Source: Candidatus Multivoradales bacterium
GTDB lineage: Bacteria > Acidobacteriota > Thermoanaerobaculia > Multivoradales > J023
Assembly: GCA_965248925.1 (NCBI GenBank)
Contig: CBDFLE010000006.1
Location: 1,152,001-1,216,000 of the forward strand
DNA length: 64,000 nt
Direction: 5' to 3'
Below the pieces are notes generated by a model. It was not told where the DNA came from. It made no database searches and was given only the letters and a program-made list of their open reading frames with translations. The position numbers and the translations under genes were made by a program. Below are positions 1 through 11,100 of this stretch, in pieces; the first letter of the stretch is position 1, and every line of letters begins with the position of its first letter.

Positions 1-255
1 TACGTCTTTGAGGACGACTACGATCTCCTGGTCCTCGAAGAAGTGAGGAGCTTCATCAATGAACATGGGCACCTGCCCAACGTACCCTCGGCCGAGGAGC
101 TTACCGGTCCGATCAACATGTCTGCGATGCAGATGACGCTGCTCGAGAAAGTTGAAGAACTCACCCTCTACACGCTGCAGCAGCAGGACACGATCACGGC
201 CCTCGAAGCACGCCTGGCGGCTTTGGAGCAGGCTGGCGAGGCCGGCGAGCGGTAG
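1..255 (+). CDS. C-terminal end of a secreted fibre-like protein (S74-chaperone-like/coiled-coil tail); 5' part lies outside the window
   Basis: Open frame from base 1: YVFEDDYDL..GHLPNVPSA..MQMTLLEKVEELTLYTLQQQ, closely matching the C-terminus of 6198..7763. Confidence 0.85.
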   Translation, partial: YVFEDDYDLLVLEEVRSFINEHGHLPNVPSAEELTGPINMSAMQMTLLEKVEELTLYTLQQQDTITALEARLAALEQAGEAGER

Positions 256-326
256 ACCCGCCGACGGTTCTTGATCAAGATGGGGTAGGCTCTGTTTGGG
301 GCCTACCCTTTCTTTGTTGAGTGCGC

Positions 327-1427
327 ATGGAAACACAAAATCGTTCCCGCCTCGCCCTGTTCTGCGCCTTGGCGACCTTGCTTTCCCTGGTCGCCGTAGG
401 CCTGGGTACCGAGCTGCTTACCCGCCTGCTGATTCCACGGGAGGTCTTTTGGCCGATCAGCAACATCTATCGCGCGGCCGATATCTCCGCGGTTGCCTAC
501 ACCTATATGCCGAGCTTCACGGGCACTGCTTTTGGCGTCGATCTGGAAACCAACAGCTTGGGGTTTCGCGGCCCGGAATGGCGGCGCGAAAAAAGCAGGG
601 GGACCTTGAGGGTGGCGCTGATCGGCGATTCGATCGCCTTCGGCTTCGGCGTGCCTTTCGATCAAACCGCCGGCGAGCTGCTTGCCGCTGCTCTACACCG
701 TCTGGGCGGCCCGCCGGTCGAGGTGCTGAACTTCGGCATCAACGGGCACAACAGCCGGCAGCAACTCGCCGTCTTGCAACACTATGGGCTGCGCTTCGAT
801 CCCGACTTGGTCATCCTGGTACCGGCGAATAACGACCACAAACCGGCGCTGCTCGTCGACCCGGAAGGGTGGTTGCATTGGGACGGCTCGGCCAAAGAAA
901 ACACCCGCGTGGTCGACAAGTCGATCGCAAAAATCAGCTCCCCGGAGCCACCAGGCTGGATCAAGCACAGTCGCGCCCTGCTCTATTTGAGGCTTTGGCT
1001 ACGCCAGCGAGCCGCTACCGCCGGCCCGCGATCCGATCAGCTGATGCCAGCCACCGATCAGAGCGCGGATTGGATGGCGCCAACGCCGCCTGGTCCAGTC
1101 TCTACCCGCCTCGCCAACACTGTCTTTGACCCCCTGCGAGAGAGCATCGAGATGGCGCAAGGTCGCGGCATTGCGGTCGTCCTCGCCCCTTTCTGCAGCT
1201 CGCGCGACTATCGCCAGATGTTCCAGATCCTTGCCACGGAGCGGGGCGTACCGGTCTTGGAGTTGCCGACTCTGTTCCCCGAGGCCAAGAGCTGGGCCGA
1301 GTTCACAGCCAAATTCAGCCTCGGCTGGGACAGTCATCCCAACGCCGAGGCGCAGCAGCGTTTTGCCGAGGGGTTGGCCGAACGGATCGCCAGTTTGCAC
1401 TTGGACCTGGAGCAGTCTGCCGAATGA
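327..1427 (+). CDS. SGNH/GDSL hydrolase family protein, membrane-anchored (candidate O-acyltransferase or esterase)
   Basis: N-terminal TM; IGDSIAFG, NFGING, PANND and DSHPN blocks. Confidence 0.85.
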   Translation: METQNRSRLALFCALATLLSLVAVGLGTELLTRLLIPREVFWPISNIYRAADISAVAYTYMPSFTGTAFGVDLETNSLGFRGPEWRREKSRGTLRVALIGDSIAFGFGVPFDQTAGELLAAALHRLGGPPVEVLNFGINGHNSRQQLAVLQHYGLRFDPDLVILVPANNDHKPALLVDPEGWLHWDGSAKENTRVVDKSIAKISSPEPPGWIKHSRALLYLRLWLRQRAATAGPRSDQLMPATDQSADWMAPTPPGPVSTRLANTVFDPLRESIEMAQGRGIAVVLAPFCSSRDYRQMFQILATERGVPVLELPTLFPEAKSWAEFTAKFSLGWDSHPNAEAQQRFAEGLAERIASLHLDLEQSAE

Positions 1428-2971
1428 CTGCCACGACAGACTCCCTCGCCCAGGCTAACCGCGCGGTCCTGGTCTTGTTGTTGGTCTGCTGCGCACTGCT
1501 CGCTACCGTCGTTTTCTTGCTCCTGCGACCCTCCCCCGCTGACGCTATTGCATCCGTCGATGCTTTGCGCGACTCGGCCATTCGCGCCCGGGTGGTCGCT
1601 CGCCTGGCGGGTCAGAATTCCGACATCTATGACTCGCACACTGACGCCGAAGTCGGCCGCATTCTGTTGCCCGGATTGGACCACAAGCGCTCTAGGGATA
1701 TCTTGGTCTCGACCAATGGCTTCGGCCTGCGCGAACGCGCTTACGCCCTACCCAAGCCTGCCGGAGTCGTCCGCGTCGTGCTCCTCGGAGATTCTTTCGT
1801 GTTCGGCTATGGAGTCGCCGCCGAGGAACGCTTTGGGGTCCATCTGGAGCGCTGGTTGAGCGAGCGTTCTGGCAACGACAAGCTGCGGGTCGAATGCCTG
1901 CACATCGGCGTGTCGAGCTGGAATTTCAAATCCGAGGCGGCCTACCTGCGCCGCCAACTCAGCAATCTCGCCCCGGATCTGGTGATTCACCTCTCATTGC
2001 CCAACGACCTGCATGAGACCGTCGGTGTTCGCGGGTTCGGCGGGTGGTCGAGTTTCTCGCCGCAGAAACGGTCGCACGCCGACAGCGTGATCTCTGCCGC
2101 CTTTGGCCGGCGCGAGCTGGGCTTCTCCAGACCGGGCTATCTGTTGCACGGACTCGACTACGAAAGCCAAAGTCGCTACGCCGAGGCGGTGAGCGATCTA
2201 AGCCGCTTGGCGGCGGCGCTCGAACAGGCCGGCGCGGGGTATCGCCTGCTTTTCCATCACCGCCACCTCTGGCCGGTGACCTGGAGGTACTTGGGCAGCC
2301 AGCTGAATCCCAGCCAGATATTGTTCATTAGCGAGGAGTTCGGCAACGACCGCCGCTACTGGAATTCAGCGCAGGACCTCCATTGGAACCCCGCTGGCCA
2401 TCGCCAGGCGGCACAGATGCTCTTTGGACTGATCGTCCGCGACCACTTGCTGCCGAAACTTGAGCTTGAACCTTGGGCCGCGGCAGAGCAGCTGGCGGCC
2501 CAACATCTGTGGACCGCCGAGCGGGTGACACCGGACCACGATCAGAGCCCGGCTGAGCTGCTGCATCGCTACGGCCGGCCACGGATCGCTGCCGCTATCG
2601 ATTTCGCTCAGCTCGACGAGTACACCGCCAGTCAGATCCACGGCGGCGTCGACCGTGACCGGCAGGTCTCACCCTACGCCTCGATCCTGCTGCGCAACGA
2701 GAACGGGCGACGGCTGCGCTTGTTGGGTCACAGCTTCCCACGGCCGGAACTCGATGGCGCCGTGGTCCGGGTCTTCGTCGATGCTCACCAAGTGGGGCAA
2801 ATCAAGCTGCGGACGGACACTCCGATCCGTGAGTCCTTCCAAATCCCAGCCAGCCTCAGAAATCGTGAGTTCTTGAGCGTCAGGCTGGAGTCCTCGGACT
2901 ACGTCTACGTAGGATTAGACCTCCAGCACTGTGTGGTGTTTTGGCTGCGCGAGCTGGCGATAGAGTCTTGA
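1424..2971 (+). CDS. SGNH/GDSL hydrolase family protein with C-terminal beta-rich domain
   Basis: LGDSFVFG, LPNDL, DLHWN motifs; ATGA overlap with the upstream gene. Confidence 0.85.
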   Translation: MTATTDSLAQANRAVLVLLLVCCALLATVVFLLLRPSPADAIASVDALRDSAIRARVVARLAGQNSDIYDSHTDAEVGRILLPGLDHKRSRDILVSTNGFGLRERAYALPKPAGVVRVVLLGDSFVFGYGVAAEERFGVHLERWLSERSGNDKLRVECLHIGVSSWNFKSEAAYLRRQLSNLAPDLVIHLSLPNDLHETVGVRGFGGWSSFSPQKRSHADSVISAAFGRRELGFSRPGYLLHGLDYESQSRYAEAVSDLSRLAAALEQAGAGYRLLFHHRHLWPVTWRYLGSQLNPSQILFISEEFGNDRRYWNSAQDLHWNPAGHRQAAQMLFGLIVRDHLLPKLELEPWAAAEQLAAQHLWTAERVTPDHDQSPAELLHRYGRPRIAAAIDFAQLDEYTASQIHGGVDRDRQVSPYASILLRNENGRRLRLLGHSFPRPELDGAVVRVFVDAHQVGQIKLRTDTPIRESFQIPASLRNREFLSVRLESSDYVYVGLDLQHCVVFWLRELAIES

Positions 2972-2988
2972 AAATAGGGAGATCGAGA

Positions 2989-4644
2989 ATGATGTCAATC
3001 ATAGATTCGGAACCGGCCGCGAGCCCCGAGCCAAGCTCCTCGACCGACCGGCGAGTCAATTATGGGAGCCATCGGCGGCCGGCTGAACGCTACGACCTCG
3101 ACGCCGCGGAGCAATTCAGCCTACTGGCCGCCCACGGACTCCGAGAGCACCACAAGGTGCTGGAGATCGGCTGCGGCGGACTCGGCCTGGGACGCCTGCT
3201 GATCGCTTTTCTGCGGCCCGGTCACTACGTCGCCTACGACAGCGACCGAGAGATCGTCGAAGATGCCATCGAGCGCCAATGTTCCCCGGGCTGGATCGAG
3301 TTCAAACAACCACGATTGGTTCTCGGCAGCGAGCCTCTGGGGGAAGTGCTCACCGGTCACTTCGACTTCATCATCGCGACCCAGGCCCTCGACGGCGAGG
3401 ATCGATCGCGCCAGGGCGAGCTGCTGCTACAGCTAGAAGCTCATTTGGGCGCTCACGGATTCTTACTCTTGGGCCCGCCGGACACCACTCCGGAGCGGCT
3501 AGCGGAAGCCGCCACCAGCTGCGGTCTGACGGTCGAGCCGGGGGTCGCCAGCAGACCCGGCTCAACTCCCTGGCCGGTGTTGGGCCGTAACCCCACGGCC
3601 AACGCCAACACCACCAGCCAAACGCCGGATTTCGAGGCCTCCAGGCAACGGCGGACGGAAGAGGAGATTGAACGCTACCGCAATTGCGAGAACGTCCACG
3701 ACCTACCGCGGATCTTCCACACCTGGAGCCACCACTACCTGCTGCCCAAGTTGCAAGCCTGCGGCTTCCAGAGCCTCGAGGAGATCTATATGCGCTACAT
3801 CCTCGACATCTGCCGAGCTGCCCCTGATCGGCAGCACACCATCGCCAGCGTCGGCGCCGGCAACTGCGATCAAGAGGTCGAACTGGCCGAGTTGGCGCGC
3901 CAAGCCGGGGTGGAGAACTTTCGCTTCCACTGCCTCGAACTCAACCCGCACATGGTGGAACGCGGCCGCCAGTTGGCCCGTCACAAGGGGCTGGAGAAGC
4001 ACTTCGAGTTCGCGGTGATCGATATCGACCAATGGCGGCCCGAGCGTCCTCTTTCGGTGTGCTTCGCCAACCACTCGCTGCACCACATCGTCGAGCTCGA
4101 ACTCCTATTCGGCAAGATCAGCGAGGCGCTCGACCCGCAGTGGGGCATCTTCCTCACCAACGACATGATCGGCCGCAACGGCCACATGCGCTGGCCCGAA
4201 GCGCAGGCGCCGCTGGAGGGGATCTGGCGGCAAATGCCCGGGCGCTACAAGTACAACCACCTATTGCGGCGGCATGAAACGGAGTACGACAACTGGGATT
4301 GCTCGCTGGAAGGCAACGAGGGCATCCGGGCACAGGACATCCTGCCCCTATTGATGGAGTACTTCCATTTCGACACCTTCCTCGCCTTCTCCAACATCAT
4401 CGACATCTTCATCGACCGGGCCTTCGGCCACAATTTCGATGCCGACGATGCTGGCGATACGGCCTTCATCCACCGGGTGGCAAAGCTTGACGAAGAGAAG
4501 ATCCTGGCTGGCGAGGTCAAGCCCACACATCTGATCGCGGCAATGCGCACCAGAGCGGTGGAGAAGCTCAACTGCTACCGCCATCTGACGCCAGAGTTCT
4601 GCGTCCGCATGCCGGACCAACCCTTCCGCAAGTTCCCAGGTTGA
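2989..4644 (+). CDS. Tandem class I SAM-dependent methyltransferase
   Basis: Two SAM motif-I sequences (VLEIGCGGL; IASVGAGNC) and SLHH motif; GGGAG RBS-like site. Confidence 0.8.
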   Translation: MMSIIDSEPAASPEPSSSTDRRVNYGSHRRPAERYDLDAAEQFSLLAAHGLREHHKVLEIGCGGLGLGRLLIAFLRPGHYVAYDSDREIVEDAIERQCSPGWIEFKQPRLVLGSEPLGEVLTGHFDFIIATQALDGEDRSRQGELLLQLEAHLGAHGFLLLGPPDTTPERLAEAATSCGLTVEPGVASRPGSTPWPVLGRNPTANANTTSQTPDFEASRQRRTEEEIERYRNCENVHDLPRIFHTWSHHYLLPKLQACGFQSLEEIYMRYILDICRAAPDRQHTIASVGAGNCDQEVELAELARQAGVENFRFHCLELNPHMVERGRQLARHKGLEKHFEFAVIDIDQWRPERPLSVCFANHSLHHIVELELLFGKISEALDPQWGIFLTNDMIGRNGHMRWPEAQAPLEGIWRQMPGRYKYNHLLRRHETEYDNWDCSLEGNEGIRAQDILPLLMEYFHFDTFLAFSNIIDIFIDRAFGHNFDADDAGDTAFIHRVAKLDEEKILAGEVKPTHLIAAMRTRAVEKLNCYRHLTPEFCVRMPDQPFRKFPG

Positions 4645-4671
4645 CCCGCGACCGCTGGACGCTGAGCAGCG

Positions 4672-6012
4672 CTACTCGAGATAGCCAAGCGCCTTGAGAC
4701 CGGCGAGAGTTTCCTCGCTCAGCCCGGCGGCGGGATCCACACCGCGGATCGCCGCCTGCACTACCTGGCAGGGATCACCTTCCAAGATAGCGCCCAGCTC
4801 TTGCAGCAACTGGCGGGCCCGGCGCGATTCGCTAGCGACCAGATCTTCTTTCTCGCCGGGATCCGCGGCCAGGTGGTAGAGCTGGAGCGCCAGCTCGGGG
4901 TGGCAGTTCAGAATCAGGCGCCAGCCGCCCTTGGTCAGACTGACTCCGCGGTATTTCGAATCGGTCATCGCGACGCTGACCACCGACCGCTCAGCACCAG
5001 ATTGGAGCCGTAGATCGATCCCGCCAGCCGCCGGCGGCGGCTCGACACCAACCAGCGAAGCCAACGTCGGCCACAAATCCAGGTTGCTGACCGGCAAGTT
5101 GGAACGGCCGCCAGCCAACGAGCGAGGCAGCTTGATCAGCAGCGGCACTCGCACCGCCTCGTCATGCAGGCTCCAATGCTGGAAACGGCCCCGCTCAGCG
5201 AACTCTTCACCGTGGTCGGCGGTCAACACGATCAGGGTGTCGCGCTCCAGATCCTGCTGCCGCAACACCTCCATCAACTCGGCGAACAACTGATCGGCGA
5301 AGTAGACCTCGCCGTCATAGAGCGAGCGTAAACGAGCCCGGTCAACCGCTTCTTCAGGAGCGAATTTTGCGCCAGTAGTGGTCACGAACGGCCCTTCGTA
5401 GTCGGCGTCGTAGAGGTGGGTCGAGCCCTGGCGCCAGTCGTAGGGGGAGTGCGGTGAGAGAAAATGTACCCAGGCGAAGAAACGCTGCTTTCGCGGCTCG
5501 GAGATCCAGGCCGTGGCGGCTTCCAGAACTTGGCGATCAGGGGCGGCGGAGAAAACCTCGAAATGCTCGAAGCCGCTGTCGAATCCCCGTTCGCGGGTCA
5601 GCTGGCTGTTGTTGAGAAAGGCCGCGGTGTCGTAGTCCGCACCGGTGAAGCTCTCGGCGAGGGTTGCCAAGGGCTCCAGCTGCCAACCGCGAAAGCTGCG
5701 CGATGGCAGCCGGCCAGTGAACATGGCAGCAAACGAAGTAGGGGTTACCGGCGCCGCCGAGTAAGCCCGCTCGAAGACCAGTGCTTGTTCGGCAAAGCGA
5801 TCGATATTGGGCGAGGTGGCGAGCGGATAGCCGTAGACCCCCAGCGCATCGGCCCGCAGAGCATCAAAGCTGACCACCAGTACGTTGAAGCCGGGGTGTG
5901 CTGGCAGCCATTCGGTGGCCGTGGGCCGCTCCGCGCCCGGTGGCGCGGAGCACGAGACCAGGACCAGCCCCAGGGCAACCAGCGGCCAGTGAACATGAGC
6001 ATCTGTTTTCAT
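4672..6012 (-). CDS. Sulfatase-like (alkaline phosphatase superfamily) lipoprotein
   Basis: Lipobox LVSC; DALRAD, PHSPY, YDGEV, TADHGEEF, C-terminal LKALGYL; the nucleophile position is Thr. Confidence 0.85.
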   Translation of the reverse strand: MKTDAHVHWPLVALGLVLVSCSAPPGAERPTATEWLPAHPGFNVLVVSFDALRADALGVYGYPLATSPNIDRFAEQALVFERAYSAAPVTPTSFAAMFTGRLPSRSFRGWQLEPLATLAESFTGADYDTAAFLNNSQLTRERGFDSGFEHFEVFSAAPDRQVLEAATAWISEPRKQRFFAWVHFLSPHSPYDWRQGSTHLYDADYEGPFVTTTGAKFAPEEAVDRARLRSLYDGEVYFADQLFAELMEVLRQQDLERDTLIVLTADHGEEFAERGRFQHWSLHDEAVRVPLLIKLPRSLAGGRSNLPVSNLDLWPTLASLVGVEPPPAAGGIDLRLQSGAERSVVSVAMTDSKYRGVSLTKGGWRLILNCHPELALQLYHLAADPGEKEDLVASESRRARQLLQELGAILEGDPCQVVQAAIRGVDPAAGLSEETLAGLKALGYLE

Positions 6013-6197
6013 CAGATTTCCTCTTGTGATGACGGAACTCTAACCGGGCTCGGAAGCAATCGGAACACCACAGAAAAAAATTCACGGCGATGATTCACTC
6101 TTGCCACTTCTGGCGCATGGAAGGGTCAAGAAGACAACGAGCCAATTCACGGGGCTCAAGACAAACTCAGTCAACCCAGACTTTCGGAGAGACGATC

Positions 6198-7763
6198 ATG
6201 ATTCGCACCACCCTCTTACGCCGCCTCTACTTCTCGACCCTGACCTGCGCCATGATCGGCGCCCTCACCCTGACTCCGGCAGCCATCGCCGAGACCGCCG
6301 GTGACGGTCTCATCTTCACCTCCCGCGCCGACTTGGGCGGTTCAAAACTGACCGTCACCGGTCCCGAGGGCGCGGTCTACGAGATGAGCTTCGCCGCTGA
6401 CGAGGCGCCCTCCTTCAGCCTCTTCGACGTCGACGGCAACGCCTTGGTGGACGGCGGCTACACCTACGAGCTGCGCTTCTCGCAACGCCAGCTCGACAAC
6501 CGCCCCGAGGGTAGTGACTCGGTCGTGGCGAGCGGCGGCAAGGCCAACTTCGCCAACACCGTCGAGTCCGGCTACTTCACCGTCGCCGGTGGCTCGATGG
6601 TGGTGCCGGGAGTGGAGCAGGACGCGGGCGGCAAGGCTGACGGCGAACTCGCCACCGCCAAGGCCCAGGTGTTCGCCACCGACTTGATCGTCCAGGGTTC
6701 CGGCTGCATCGGCTTCGACTGCTCGAGCAGCGAGAGCTTCGGCTTCGACACGCTGCGCTTGAAAGAAAACAACCTGCGGATCCATTTCAACGACACCTCG
6801 AGTTCGGCCAGCTTCCCCGGCAACGACTGGCGGCTGACCGCCAACGACTCCAGCAACGGTGGCGCCAACAAGTTCTCCATCGACGACGTCACCGGCGGCA
6901 AAACCCCCTTCACCATCCTCGCCGGCGCGCCGAGCAACTCCCTCTTCATCAAAGCCGACGGCAAGGTCGGCTTCGGCACCGCCTCGCCGGTGGTCGACAA
7001 CCACATCGTCAGCGGCAATTCCCCGACCCTGCGCTTGGAGCAGGACGGCTCGGACGGCTTCACCCCCCAGACTTGGGACCTGGCCGGCAATGAGACCAAC
7101 TTCTTCGTCCGCGACGTCACCAACGGCTCCAATTTGCCCCTGCGCATCAAGCCCGGCGCGCCGGACAACTCAATCTACATCAACGCGAACGGTGATCTCG
7201 GCATCGGCACCGCCTCGCCAGACTCCGAACTCAACGTACTCTACGCCGATTCCGGAGATGGCATCCACGTCAAGACCACCGCCACTGGCACCGTCAAGCT
7301 GCTCAGCCTGGAAGCCGCCGAGCGCCCCCGGTTGGAGATGATCAACAACTCAGTCGCCGGCGGAACCTGGAACTTAGACGTGCTCAACGGCACTGGCAAC
7401 TTCGCCTTCATCAACTTCAGCGGCCCGGCATTCACCTTCGAGACCGATGGTGACCTGAGCATCGAAGGCAACTTCATCTCCAACGGCATGACCCTGACGG
7501 TTCCCGACTACGTCTTCGAGGACGACTACCAGCTGATGCCCTTGGACAAACTCGAGGCCTACATCGCCGAAGAAAGCCACCTCCCCAATGTGCCTTCCGC
7601 CAAAGAGATCAACGCCGGCTCGCTGAACATGACCCAGATGCAGCTCACCTTGCTCGAAAAGGTCGAGGAACTCACCCTCTACACCCTGCAACAGCAGCAG
7701 CTGATCAGCCAACAGCAGCAGGCCATCACCGCCCTCGAGCAGAAAGTCGACGCCCTCGACTGA
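6198..7763 (+). CDS. Secreted tail-fibre-like protein with S74-chaperone-like/coiled-coil C-terminus
   Basis: Signal peptide; DLIVQGSGCIGFDC..LKENNLRI block; repeated G(F/I)GTASP units; PDYVF..HLPNVPSA..LLEKVEELTLY tail; GGAGA RBS. Confidence 0.8.
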   Translation: MIRTTLLRRLYFSTLTCAMIGALTLTPAAIAETAGDGLIFTSRADLGGSKLTVTGPEGAVYEMSFAADEAPSFSLFDVDGNALVDGGYTYELRFSQRQLDNRPEGSDSVVASGGKANFANTVESGYFTVAGGSMVVPGVEQDAGGKADGELATAKAQVFATDLIVQGSGCIGFDCSSSESFGFDTLRLKENNLRIHFNDTSSSASFPGNDWRLTANDSSNGGANKFSIDDVTGGKTPFTILAGAPSNSLFIKADGKVGFGTASPVVDNHIVSGNSPTLRLEQDGSDGFTPQTWDLAGNETNFFVRDVTNGSNLPLRIKPGAPDNSIYINANGDLGIGTASPDSELNVLYADSGDGIHVKTTATGTVKLLSLEAAERPRLEMINNSVAGGTWNLDVLNGTGNFAFINFSGPAFTFETDGDLSIEGNFISNGMTLTVPDYVFEDDYQLMPLDKLEAYIAEESHLPNVPSAKEINAGSLNMTQMQLTLLEKVEELTLYTLQQQQLISQQQQAITALEQKVDALD

Positions 7764-7800
7764 CACCGGCCCTGAGATCCGACCCCGGCATCCCGCCGCG

Positions 7801-7828
7801 AAAACCCCGGCTCTATGCCGGGGTTTTT
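7801..7828 (+). terminator. Rho-independent terminator
   Basis: aaaaccccggc-tctat-gccggggttttt, shortly after the fibre gene stop. Confidence 0.85.
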
Positions 7829-8121
7829 CCAATTGAGTGGTTGGTAGGAATCCCACGACGTGACCGCGACCACTCCGCCGGCAAGGGCCCGCAGGGATTC
7901 ACCAACGGCGCCCTGCGGCTGGTCTAGGAGAGCAACGAACCAGATGGCAGCGCAGCTGAACCTTGGGCAATTCCCAAAACCCAACTTGCATGATTGACTT
8001 TCTGCATGTCGAAGAGCCATACTCAGCCCACCGAGGGGCTTTGCTAGATTAGGCTAACTTGGTATGAACATTAAGCTTTGGCGCGGTTTTCCAGTTCGCT
8101 AGAGACCTTCCCTAACTCATC

Positions 8122-11100
8122 ATGTTTGATCTCGAATTCACCGGTGAGCGTGTCGTCCCAGGAAAGGTCGACCCCGAGCTACAGCTCGAGCACTCCACCC
8201 GCTATCAACTCGCCAGCCGCTGGGTGCGCGGCAAGAAGGTACTCGACTTTGGTTGTGGCACCGGCTACGGTGCCGCCATTCTGAAACGGGCTGGCGCTAG
8301 CCGGGTGATCGGCTCGGATAACTCGCCAGCAGCAGTGCTCTACGCCAAGAGCCACTTCGGGGTCCCCGGGGTTCATTTCTGTGTCAGCGATTGTGAGCGT
8401 GCCGCGTTCGCCGACGGCAGCTTCGACATTGTCGTTTCCTTCGAGCTGATCGAGCACCTGGACTCCTATCCAAGCTACCTAAAAGAGGTACGCCGGCTAC
8501 TACCTGAAACCGGGCTGTTCGTGGTTTCGACACCCAATAAGTCCACCTACAACGACCCCCGACACAGTACGCCGAACCCCTTCCACACCCACGAATTCGC
8601 CCTCGACGACTTTCGCAATGCTCTGTCGAGTTTCTTCGGTACCGTCACCATTCTCGGCCAGTCTCGCACCGAAGGGGTCCTCTTCCAGGGCGATTCTGCC
8701 GCTGTCAGCAGCGACCCATCGATCGACTTGCAGAGCAGCGGCGGTCTACAGAACCAGCCTCACCGAGCACTTACCGAAGCCGAATACTTCGTCGCAATTT
8801 GTAGCGTCGGCAGCGGCGACGAGCTGATCGCCAGCGACTCGTTTCACATCGCTGAATCCAATGCGGTTCGCGACCGCGACCTACGAATCCGTGAGCTGCA
8901 GAATGAACTAGAAGAGCGCGCACAGTGGGCGCGGGGCCTGGAAAACGAGTCCTCGCGGCGCGGTCAGCGAGTGGTAGAACTGCAAGGGGAACTTGAGGAA
9001 CACACCCGCTGGGCCAAGCGGCTAGAGAGCGAGTCCACCGAACATGGTCACCGGGTGCTGGAACTACAAGCCGAACTCCAGGAACGGCTGCGCTGGGCCA
9101 CTGAGCTTGAGACTCAGAACGAAGCTAAGAAAAAGCGCATTCGCGAACTACGCCATCAGCTCGCGCTGCTCGGCCAGTCCATGGAACGGCTGCCCGAACT
9201 GGAATCACAGCTCGATAAGAAACTCGGCATGGCCAGCGCTCAGCTCGAGAACGATCTGCGGGTTGGCCTTGAGACCCTTTCGCGTCAACTCGATGAGACC
9301 TTCGATCAGCGACGGCAAGGACTTGAGCAACTCCGCCAGAGCCTCGAGCAGCGACAACGGCAAACCGGGGTCAAAACCGAACAGCTAGAACGTCTCCAAG
9401 CCGCCCTGCGCGGCCAGCAAGCCTGGCAGCGAGACAGCCTGATCCGCCATCAAGGGAGCCTCGAGCAGCAGCAGGCCAAATTCAGCGAATCTCGGGCAAG
9501 ACTCGGCGATTTGACGCTGCTGCTCGAACAGCAGCAGCAGCAGCAGCAGCAGCAACGCCACCTCGTCGCCAGTCAAACAGCGCGCATCGACACCGCTGCA
9601 CAGCACCAGGACACCACCAGTCAGTTGCTGCGAGAGAAGCTGGATCAACAATCTGCGGCCCTCGACCACCAGTGGCGACGCCTGGAAGAGCAGCACGGCG
9701 CCCTCGAAGCTCAAGGTCAGTTACTCGGCGCTACCGAGCAGTCGGTGATCCACACTCGGCACCTTGCGGAGCTACTGTGGAACAGCTTACCTTGGCGGCT
9801 CTACTGCAGACTCGGCCAAGGACTCCAGCACGTCCGGCGACAGCTGCCGAGTGGTCGCCGGGAACGCCTGCGCCAGCAAGCCACCCAGGCCACCCAAGTG
9901 GCCCACCGCATCGCTGAGTTGAAACTCGCCATCACAGTTTCCAGCGAGCCCAAGGTGGCGATCGTGATCCCCTTTGCCGAGCCTCTTGAGCTGCTCGACT
10001 GCCTTGCTTCAATCACCACCGCCGGAGACTCGACAGCGGTCGAAATCTTCGCCATTCACCTCGATCCGCCGGGGCCGGTTCACGCGGCGCTGGAGAGCCT
10101 CGAGGACCTGCGCCTGTGGCGCGCGCGAAAGCCTGGAAGAGCGGCTGCATTGCAGCTCGCCGCCAGAAAGATGCGAGCACCACACCTGCTCTTGCTGGCC
10201 AGCAACGGTCGGCCCGAGAAGGGCTGGTTGGACAGCCTGTGCCGCACTTTCGAGCACTACCCCGACGCCGGTCTGGTAGGCGGCCGCCTGCTACTTCCTG
10301 AAGGCAAGCTGCTAGCCGCCGGCGGCATCCTTTGGCAGGACGCCACGGTGACCGCCTACGGCAACGGCGAAGACCCCGAACTCCGCAGCTTCAGCTTCGC
10401 CCGTGAAGTGGAGTTCTGCGACGACGCCTGCTGGTTGATTCACCAGCGGCTGATCGACTCCCTGAATTTGATCGACAGCGAGTTGCTGGATAGCTCGCAA
10501 AGGGCCGCTGATTTCTCCCTTCGGGCCCGCCAGCTAGGCGCTCGCACCTACTACCAACCCAGCTGCCGAGTACGGATGTTCGGCGGACTGAGCGAGACTG
10601 ATCCACAGGCGCTAGAGAAAGGCCGGCGGAGACTGCGCCGGCACTGGCCAGCCGAGCTGGCGGCAATGCCGGCGGCAGCGCCGCCGCACTCGGCCGTCGC
10701 CAGCCGGTTTGCCCGCCGCGCACTGGTCCTCGACCACCGCTTGCCAACCCCTGATCAAGATTCAGGCTCGGTTAGGATGGACAGTCTGCTGGATATTTTG
10801 CAGCAGATAGGCTTCCAGGTCACCTTTCTGCCCGAAAACCTCTACGCCATGCCACCCTATTGCGAGCCCTTGCAAGAGCGTGGCATCGAGGTCGTAATCA
10901 CCCCCGAGGAAACCTCCCTGAGAGGCTATCTAGCACGGCATGGTGAGGGCTTCGAGCTGGCTATCGTTTCGCGCTTCCACATCGCTACCAGCACCCTCGA
11001 CATGGTGCGCGAGTTGTGCCCCTCGGCTCTTTTGGTGTTCGACACGGTTGATCTACAGTTTTTGCGTTTGCAGCGGCAAGCAGAACTCGAGAACGATCCC

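Noticed and set aside
6198-7763. Prophage tail fibre
   Set aside because: Has a signal peptide and its own terminator; no phage structural genes nearby
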